Under the pieces are notes generated by a model. The model saw only the letters and a list, made by a program, of their open reading frames with translations. It did no database searches and had not been told where the DNA came from. A stretch of DNA of 10,651 nucleotides from Thermovirgaceae bacterium (lineage in GTDB: Bacteria; Synergistota; Synergistia; Synergistales; Thermovirgaceae), in contig JBKHBH010000079.1 in NCBI GenBank assembly GCA_046542505.1, forward strand, positions 1-10,651, given 5' to 3'. Position numbers and translations under genes: made by a program. Positions 1 to 6,001 of this stretch are shown piece after piece. How positions within the stretch are numbered: the stretch's first letter is position 1; each line of letters starts with the position of its first letter.

Positions 1-1
1 C

Positions 2-415
2 AACTCAGGTGATGGATTAGATGTTATTAGAGCAATAGAGGAAACTGAATATCCGGATGGAGACCCGGTTGACGAAAAATATGATTTGCGTCCAATACCA
101 GACGAGTACATAGGAGCTCCGGGCGTCGAAGTAAATGTTGACATTCTGGATTGCAACTATACCCCTACTGGAACCCTCGGAGAAGATGATTGGGAAATAC
201 TACCTCCCCTTTGGGTTGGTGGCGAAGGCACCGTAACAAGCGCTGATATTGGTCCACCGGAAGGAACCTCGGTTATCATTGACCCGTCAAGGTACTTGAA
301 TGTCGGAGGGGGAGGAAGCGGGCAAAGGCGTTACGTCATCCGCTCCAATGCTTCACATCCTGAATCAGGAATGAATGTGACCATAGAAGCCATGGTGGTG
401 GTGAGAAAACCATGA
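2..415 (+). CDS. 5'-truncated putative type IV pilus assembly protein, PilX-like (C-terminal part)
   Basis: The frame of ORF 86..415 is open back to base 2 (NSGDGLDVIRAIEETEYPDG...), so the start lies outside the window. The C-terminus GGGGSGQRRYVIRSNAS...NVTIEAMVVV resembles the Y-x-I-x-S...I-E ending of PilX-type minor pilins. Its stop overlaps the pilY1-like start (ATGA, 412-415), matching the usual pilX-pilY1 order. The diagnostic N-terminal pilin motif is not in the window. Confidence 0.55.
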   Translation, partial: NSGDGLDVIRAIEETEYPDGDPVDEKYDLRPIPDEYIGAPGVEVNVDILDCNYTPTGTLGEDDWEILPPLWVGGEGTVTSADIGPPEGTSVIIDPSRYLNVGGGGSGQRRYVIRSNASHPESGMNVTIEAMVVVRKP

Positions 416-2883
416 AAAAAATAAGGAGTTTTGGAGAAAAAATAGTTTTTGCATTAGGAATATTGATACTTGTTTGTTTTGTCAGCGCTACCTCTAGACA
501 AGCTGAGGCAGATATAGCAAGTACAGCAGATTGGCCCATGTGGCCTGAGCCAACACTGCAAATAAATGATCTTTCCGTCACCGAACCTGCGACTTTCCTG
601 AGTATCGGCCGTGAGGTTGTGGCTTGGCCGTTTTTCGGAGAAACTACGGTGGATTCGCAGAATTATATTAATCTTGTTGGCGCAGATCTATACTTTACGA
701 TAGAAAAGTTTACATATGAATATGATGATACCCTGAAAAGAGATGGCAAGAAAATTACCGGATACGAAACAATAGATCCGACCAAGACAGCGACGGATCC
801 ACTCTATATGGTTCTCGGCAATGAGACAGTGGGGATGGATGCTCTCTCGGACACAGACCTACTAGAGGGTTATTGGGATGGCTCCTTTACCCTGCCGGGA
901 TTGTATGACACATCAGTTTATCCGATATATGATGCCGACTGGCTGACCTATGGTGAAGAGCCGGATGTGACCGAAGTTCCAAATGAGAGCTTCTTGGCCG
1001 ATCAAACTCTAAACACGAGCAGTTACCTTGATTCCTGGAAAGTTTTCCTTGTCGAGGATCAGCATGTCGGAGGTGGAGATTTCTTCTTCGCTGATTCTGG
1101 TCACGCTCCTCCTCACATGGTTTGGCCTTTCGACCCGTGGCTTTACTCGTATAGGTCACAGACAGGTTATTATTCAGGACCCGAGACATGGGAAGACAGA
1201 TACGTGTGCCTGTGGCCAACCAACCAGGGAGCTTTGCAGGCTTTCGAGGTTTACAATGCAAATGTCGCCGACTCCAACCCCTATGTCGACAGGACCTTGT
1301 TGACTATCCCCAACCCAGCATTCAGGCAATCGATCTATCATGAACTACGAGAGAAATACCATGATGACCAGTACAAAAGGCTTACTGTTCTCGATGGCCC
1401 TGTTACCGTCAGGGACGTCGAGATCGATGGCGAGTGGCGAAGAATTGTCGTTGGAACGACAGGAATGGGAACAAAACAGCTTCCGAAACCTCAGGATGCA
1501 TGGACAAAACTTGAGCAGAGCCAGTACGATCCTTCAACGACAGCTCCTGATGTTGGAAACAAGGGAAGGGCTTTTGGCGTGTACGCCTTTGACTTAACGC
1601 AACTTGAGGAGACCGCCTCTACATCGGACATGGAATCGTTATGGTCTGTTGCGAATGTTTTTTACAATACATCTGAGCGTTCCTATTCGGATTATTTCCC
1701 TGAAATTAATACCGGGACCGCCAAGTCAGGATACGCAGATTATGCCAATATGAGGTTTTCTGTGAGCAAGCCCTTGATCGGCTACACAAAAGATGGTGAT
1801 GGAGACAGGACCTGGCATGTGATAATCCTTGGCGTGGACAAGGAAGACCGATACTATTGGCTTGACGTGAAACCGGAGGATGGAAGCGTCAGGAGGTCTG
1901 GCTATTTTATAAACGATTACACTAACAACGCTGAAACGCTGCAAAGCGTAGATTTTGAGGAGTATGGATTTTTTACGGGAGAAGAAGTAGAAAATGTTTT
2001 CCCAAGCCGGATCCTTTCCGCCTTTCCGCCTCCAGAATCGCAATACCGGGAACCGTTACTCAGCGATGTCTACGTTCATCTTTCCAATGGAGCGATTTAT
2101 CGATGGGATCTGAATCCTGCGGACTCGGAACCGGAGTGGCTTTTAACAGTGAAAAGTGAGAGAGCTGATGAAATTGCTCCCCCCTTGACGGATTTTGACG
2201 TAACACATTTAGGTGGGGAAACATATCTTGCAACGAATGCACTTCTCAGAAATGTTCCGGGTGCCGCCAAGTTGGATACCGAAGGCATGCTGGTTCTTAA
2301 CCTGACAAAAGTAGCGGAGTATACTGCGGAGGAAAGAGCGCAAATCATAACGACGATCAAGGTTCCCCCGGGACAATCAGGGGAGGTTGTGTCATCAGAA
2401 GATGACCACATTCTGTTTGTACAGTTGGAGCTCTCTCACGGTGTCAGCACAACTGACAGTAAAACAGTGCTTGCTTCCCCCGTGTTCATCTCCAAGGAAG
2501 AGGATAATGTGATAGAAAGTAGACTCTTTCTGGCCTTCTACGAGCTTTCCCACAAAGGCGCTCAAGGTAAGGGGAAAAAAAGTGAAGTCTCCAGGTTGTA
2601 CAGTTTCCTTTTCGAGGCGATGATGGGTCAAGGAAATGTCCAGAATCTTGATGAAGCCGAAATAGTTGACGGAGAAATTGTAGGAGATTATTTTGATTTT
2701 GAAGATCAGGAAGTTGCTATGATGGTAATTGATTCTCAAGGGAACCTGGTTTTGTTTGACGCCGCCGGGGAAATTGTGGGAGAACCTATCCCGACGGGAC
2801 TGGAGCCATATGTTGACGAAGAAAACGGGAACGATCCTTTCGAGGGGGAAGGCGTGCACTTGGTCTACTGGAAAACAAAATGA
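412..2883 (+). CDS. Secreted PilY1/PilC-like type IV pilus tip adhesin (beta-propeller), 823 aa, divergent
   Basis: Sec signal peptide (MKKIR, hydrophobic core, AEA at residues 31-33). Collinear divergent matches to PilY1 propeller motifs: FADSGHAPP (cf. LGDIVHSSP), PTNQGALQAF (cf. GANDGMLHAF), LDGPVTVRDVEIDGEWRRIVVGTTGMG (cf. VDG.P...DV....WRTVLVGG.G.G), GVYAFDLT, SKPLIG, VYVHLSNGAIYRWDL (cf. YAGDL.G.LWRFDL), and terminal YWK. Confidence 0.75.
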   Translation: MKKIRSFGEKIVFALGILILVCFVSATSRQAEADIASTADWPMWPEPTLQINDLSVTEPATFLSIGREVVAWPFFGETTVDSQNYINLVGADLYFTIEKFTYEYDDTLKRDGKKITGYETIDPTKTATDPLYMVLGNETVGMDALSDTDLLEGYWDGSFTLPGLYDTSVYPIYDADWLTYGEEPDVTEVPNESFLADQTLNTSSYLDSWKVFLVEDQHVGGGDFFFADSGHAPPHMVWPFDPWLYSYRSQTGYYSGPETWEDRYVCLWPTNQGALQAFEVYNANVADSNPYVDRTLLTIPNPAFRQSIYHELREKYHDDQYKRLTVLDGPVTVRDVEIDGEWRRIVVGTTGMGTKQLPKPQDAWTKLEQSQYDPSTTAPDVGNKGRAFGVYAFDLTQLEETASTSDMESLWSVANVFYNTSERSYSDYFPEINTGTAKSGYADYANMRFSVSKPLIGYTKDGDGDRTWHVIILGVDKEDRYYWLDVKPEDGSVRRSGYFINDYTNNAETLQSVDFEEYGFFTGEEVENVFPSRILSAFPPPESQYREPLLSDVYVHLSNGAIYRWDLNPADSEPEWLLTVKSERADEIAPPLTDFDVTHLGGETYLATNALLRNVPGAAKLDTEGMLVLNLTKVAEYTAEERAQIITTIKVPPGQSGEVVSSEDDHILFVQLELSHGVSTTDSKTVLASPVFISKEEDNVIESRLFLAFYELSHKGAQGKGKKSEVSRLYSFLFEAMMGQGNVQNLDEAEIVDGEIVGDYFDFEDQEVAMMVIDSQGNLVLFDAAGEIVGEPIPTGLEPYVDEENGNDPFEGEGVHLVYWKTK

Positions 2884-3380
2884 GGAGCAGAAAGCCTTTC
2901 AGTGATTACACCATCCTCCAGAACACCCTGGCTTCGCGGGTCCTTCTGGAGGACCTTTTTTCGCGTCCGATTCGATATGTCGGTGGGGTGGACGTGTCCT
3001 ATTCGAAAAGGGGCAAATTCTCCACGGCTTGTGCCGGTGCGGTGGTGATGGACCCAGCGGACTGGTCTGTCGTGGATTCTGTCTCGGCCTTCCTGGAAAA
3101 CTCCGTGCCCTATGTACCGGGGTACCTCTCCTTCCGGGAAATTCCCGTGCTTCTTGAAGCCTTCGAAAAGCTTCATATTCTGCCCGATGTGTGGCTCGTG
3201 GACGGGGCGGGGATCGCCCATCCGCGCCGGATCGGCCTGGCGGCACATTTCGGGGTGCTTCTGGACGTTCCCGCTATTGGTGTGGCCAAAAGCCGCCTTG
3301 TGGGGCGTCATGATGACCTGGTGGCCGAAAAGGGGAGCCGTGTTCAGCTGGAAGACGAAAAAACCGGCGAGGTCATCGGG
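2880..3380 (+). pseudogene. nfi: Endonuclease V (deoxyinosine 3' endonuclease), N-terminal 167 codons, interrupted by the IS21-family element
   Basis: EndoV motifs GGVDVSY, PYVPGYLSFREIP (wedge plus catalytic Glu), LVDGAGIAHPRRIGLAAHFG and PAIGVAKS. The frame runs into the IS after ...GEVIG and stops at TAG 3396-3398. Confidence 0.95.
3376..3380 (+). repeat. Target-site duplication TCGGG (left copy)
   Basis: TCGGG immediately precedes the IS 5'-TG (3381) and recurs immediately after the terminal CA (5764-5768). Confidence 0.9.
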
Positions 3381-3430
3381 TGTCGCAGACACCCCTAGGA
3401 TATAGCTAAGGGGACATCCAGTTTCCCGCA
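3381..3430 (+). repeat. Left terminal inverted repeat (IRL) of the IS21-family element
   Basis: Inner unit CTAAGGGGACATCCAGTTTCCCGCA (3406-3430) matches the reverse complement of 5713-5737 at 23/25. The outer unit keeps only TGTC and GACACCC. Confidence 0.9.
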
Positions 3431-3513
3431 CATGAATACACTCCCGTAGTGAACTTTGGGAAACGGATATGGTATTCCTGGTTCAGGAAGAACCTGGACT
3501 GGGGGTGCCGGCC

Positions 3514-4815
3514 GTGGCCAAACTGAAGGAGTATCACATCATGTGCGCGGAAGAACTTGCAAAAAACCAGAGCGTCAGAAAGATCGCGTCCACCTTCGAC
3601 GTGGACGAAAGCACCTTGAGATACAGGCTCGGAAGGAAACGGGCCGGTGCCGTGGACGGCAGGGCGCAACAGCCTGAGGCCTGCGCCCCATACGAACCGT
3701 TCATCCTCGAGTGGATACGGCAGCAGGAAGAACGGCGGCCCGGCACGCGTCCGGAGCCTATACGGGTCTTGTACGAAACGCTTCAGATGGAACACGGATA
3801 CACCGGCAGCTACAAGGCGGTGGTCCGGTACGTCCGCCGCAGGACGGCACAACCGGAGATACAGCCCTTCCGCCGTGTGGAGACCCGACCCGGCGCCCAG
3901 GCGCAGGTGGACTGGCTGCAAAAGCGGGTGTATGTCCATTCCCTCGGGGGCTTCACCAGGCTTTCTGCCTTCGTCATGACCCTGTCCCACTCCCGGATGT
4001 GGGTCGTCATCTGGAGCCGGAGCGAGAACATGCTCGCCTGGGTTGACAGCCACAACAGGGCCTTCGAGTTTCTGGGCGGCATCACGTCCTTTGTCAGGCT
4101 CGACAACCTCAAGACCGGTGTTGCCTCCGGATGTGGGGCCTGGGCCAAAATCAACGACGGCTACGAGACTTACGCGAAGCAGATGGAATTCACGCCGGAC
4201 CCTCACCGTGTCAACACCCCGCGGGACAAGGGCAAGGCCGAAAGACGGGTCGACGACGTCAAGGTCCTCCAGGTCACCGACACAGACCGCTTCGAAGACA
4301 TGGAAGACCTGCAGGAAACCGGCGTAATCCGAGTCGTCGACAGATCGAAGAAACTCACCTGCCCCGTCACGGGCAAAAGCGTCTACGAGAGCTGGTACCT
4401 TGAAAAGCCATACCTGAAGCCCCTTCCCCTTTCGCTTCCCGAACCCTTCGACGTGCAGGTCCTTCGGGAAGTCAGCCGGGACTGCCTCGTCGCCTTCGAG
4501 GGACGGCGCTACAGCGTCCCCTACCAATGGGTGAAGCGGACCGTGCAGGTACGAGGCTGCGCCGGCACCGTCGAAATCTGGGGCGACGGGAAACGGCTCT
4601 GTGTCTTCCCGAGGAAGACCGACTGCCGCCTCCTCGTGGACCAGAATCACTACGAGGCGACAGGCGAGGACAGGACACATGCTCCTGTACCCCTGGGGAA
4701 AATCGGCAGACAGATCGTCGTCCCCAGAAGCTGGGAGATCAAAGACGCCCCCAGGCGGTCCATCGACCGGTACGAGGAGCTTGTCGGCTCAGCTCGAAGG
4801 GGGGCTGTGTCATGA
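3514..4815 (+). CDS. istA: IS21-family DDE transposase IstA
   Basis: N-terminal HTH (SVRKIASTFDVDESTLRYRL), GYTGSY, RVETRPGAQAQVDW (D), RLDNLKT (D), PRDKGKAERRV (E), and YSVPY. GTG 3514 is preferred as start because GGGGGTG lies 6 nt upstream. In-frame ATG 3469 is the alternative. Confidence 0.95.
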   Translation: MAKLKEYHIMCAEELAKNQSVRKIASTFDVDESTLRYRLGRKRAGAVDGRAQQPEACAPYEPFILEWIRQQEERRPGTRPEPIRVLYETLQMEHGYTGSYKAVVRYVRRRTAQPEIQPFRRVETRPGAQAQVDWLQKRVYVHSLGGFTRLSAFVMTLSHSRMWVVIWSRSENMLAWVDSHNRAFEFLGGITSFVRLDNLKTGVASGCGAWAKINDGYETYAKQMEFTPDPHRVNTPRDKGKAERRVDDVKVLQVTDTDRFEDMEDLQETGVIRVVDRSKKLTCPVTGKSVYESWYLEKPYLKPLPLSLPEPFDVQVLREVSRDCLVAFEGRRYSVPYQWVKRTVQVRGCAGTVEIWGDGKRLCVFPRKTDCRLLVDQNHYEATGEDRTHAPVPLGKIGRQIVVPRSWEIKDAPRRSIDRYEELVGSARRGAVS

Positions 4816-5600
4816 CGAAGGTCGAAGCGACCACGGGCCTTGATGCGAGCAGAAAGCTCCTCGAGGAGATGGGGTTCGAACAGGTGCAGCACATCCTGCC
4901 GGAACTCATGGAGCAGGCCGTGAAGGACAACCTTTCCTTCAGCAACTTTCTGGAACAGGTCCTCCGGAAGGAGCGGGAATACCGGGAAGAACGGAGGGTC
5001 AAGACATCCCTCAAGCTGTCGGGGCTTCCCCACGGCAAGACCCTGGAAAACTTTGACTTCACCTTCCAGAGGAGCGTGGGCAAAAAGGAGATCGAACTTC
5101 TGGCGACCTGCGAATACGCGAGGCGGAAGGAGAACGTCCTTCTTTTGGGCCCGCCCGGGGTGGGCAAAAGTCACCTCGCGGCGGCTTTGGGAGTCAAGGC
5201 TGTCCAAAACGGCTTCTCCGTCTCCTGGTTGTCCGCCTACGACCTCTTGCACCGTCTCAGGCGCGACGAGGAGAACCCGTCAAGGCGGAACACAAGGCGG
5301 AAGTACCTGTCTTCCGGGGTCCTTGTCATCGACGAACTCGGGTTTCAGACCCTGGACAGAAGCGACGCCCATCTTCTGTTCAAGGTGGTGAGCGCCAGGT
5401 ACGAACGGTCCAGCACGATCATCACGTCGAACAAGAGCATCCGGGAGTGGCCGGAGATGCTTGCCGGAGACGAAGTGCTCACCACGGCGATCCTGGACCG
5501 ACTGCTCCATCACTGCCATGTGGTCCATGTGGACGGCAGCAGCTACAGGCTCTGGGAGATGGAGCAAAGGACCCGGACGGGACAACGAAAGGAGGAGTGA
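4812..5600 (+). CDS. istB: IS21-family AAA+ helper ATPase IstB, 262 aa
   Basis: KTLENFDFTFQ, Walker A GPPGVGKS, Walker B VLVIDELG, IITSN, AILDRLLHH and GSSYR. ATG 4812 overlaps the istA stop (ATGA) and follows a purine-rich RBS AAGGGGGG. Confidence 0.96.
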   Translation: MTKVEATTGLDASRKLLEEMGFEQVQHILPELMEQAVKDNLSFSNFLEQVLRKEREYREERRVKTSLKLSGLPHGKTLENFDFTFQRSVGKKEIELLATCEYARRKENVLLLGPPGVGKSHLAAALGVKAVQNGFSVSWLSAYDLLHRLRRDEENPSRRNTRRKYLSSGVLVIDELGFQTLDRSDAHLLFKVVSARYERSSTIITSNKSIREWPEMLAGDEVLTTAILDRLLHHCHVVHVDGSSYRLWEMEQRTRTGQRKEE

Positions 5601-5712
5601 CTGAGACGGGAAAAAAACGCATTGTGTGCAAGGGCTCAGAAAGTGGATGAAAACCTGGCACTACGGGAGTTCAGGAATAACAGCTGCACGGTCATGAGTG
5701 AATGCGTACACC

Positions 5713-5763
5713 TGCGGGAAAGTGGGTGTCCCCTTAGTGCGGGAATCTGGGTGTCCCTTGACA
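5713..5763 (-). repeat. Right terminal inverted repeat (IRR): two tandem units of about 25 bp
   Basis: TGCGGGAAAGTGGGTGTCCCCTTAG (5713-5737) is followed directly by TGCGGGAATCTGGGTGTCCCTTGACA (5738-5763). Multiple terminal repeats are typical of IS21 ends. Confidence 0.92.
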
Positions 5764-5768
5764 TCGGG
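5764..5768 (+). repeat. Target-site duplication TCGGG (right copy)
   Basis: Identical to 3376-3380. Confidence 0.9.
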
Positions 5769-5948
5769 TCGGTGCTCCGGTCCCAGACAGGCGTCAAACC
5801 CCTTTTCGTGAGCCCCGGTCACAGGGTGTCCATCAAAACGGCCCCGGAGGTGGTGCTTTCCTGCTGTACCAGGTACCGCCTGCCCGAACCCACCCGCACC
5901 GCCCATACCATGGTGACGGCACTCAAAAAGACCATTCCCTCCTCGTAA
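5769..5948 (+). pseudogene. nfi: Endonuclease V, C-terminal 59 codons
   Basis: SVLRSQTGVKPLFVSPGHRVS...RYRLPEPTRTAH carries the EndoV motifs P.FVS.GH and R.PEPTR.AH. It joins 2880-3380 in frame. Confidence 0.93.
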
Positions 5949-5963
5949 CATGTCCTTCGGGTT

Positions 5964-5994
5964 TATAATGCCGGAAGAATCCCTTCCATGGAGG
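5964..5994 (+). promoter_or_regulatory. Candidate sigma70 -10 box (TATAAT 5964-5969) and RBS (GGAGG 5990-5994) for the amidohydrolase gene
   Basis: Perfect TATAAT in a 53-bp intergenic gap within GC-rich DNA, and GGAGG 7 nt before ATG 6002. No convincing -35 box. Confidence 0.5.
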
Positions 5995-6001
5995 AATCGC
6001 C

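Larger units (their letters stand above)
3381..5763 (+). mobile_element. IS21-family insertion sequence, 2383 bp, apparently complete
   Basis: TGTC...GACA termini, about 50-bp imperfect inverted ends built from about 25-bp repeats, flanking 5-bp direct repeat, and istA+istB overlapping by ATGA. Removing it restores nfi in frame. Confidence 0.96.

Noticed and set aside
86..415. 109-aa ORF as a complete gene
   Set aside because: The frame is open to the window edge and TTG 86 has no clear RBS, so this is the tail of a longer gene.
412..480. Lipoprotein signal (ILVC) in the PilY1-like protein
   Set aside because: Val at -1 does not fit a lipobox. AEA at residues 31-33 fits signal peptidase I better.
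3374..3381. Longer target duplication (CATCGGGT also at 5762-5769)
   Set aside because: The extra bases coincide with the IS terminal CA and T. TG...CA ends and the inverted-repeat alignment imply a 5-bp TCGGG duplication.
3406..4680. 424-aa antisense ORF inside the IS
   Set aside because: Shadow of istA in GC-rich DNA, with no recognisable motifs.
4527..4811. N-terminal extension of istB or a programmed -1 IstA-IstB fusion
   Set aside because: The istB frame is open here, but GGGGAAAA (4695-4702) is not phased as an X XXY YYZ heptamer in istA. ATG 4812 has an RBS and an ATGA overlap.
5713..5763. Tandem 25-bp repeats as a CRISPR or VNTR
   Set aside because: Two adjacent units with no spacer and no cas genes, fully explained as the IS21 right end.
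5758..5790. Hybrid outward promoter from TTGACA at the present insertion site
   Set aside because: The sequence 16-18 bp downstream (around TCCCAG, 5781-5786) is not -10-like.
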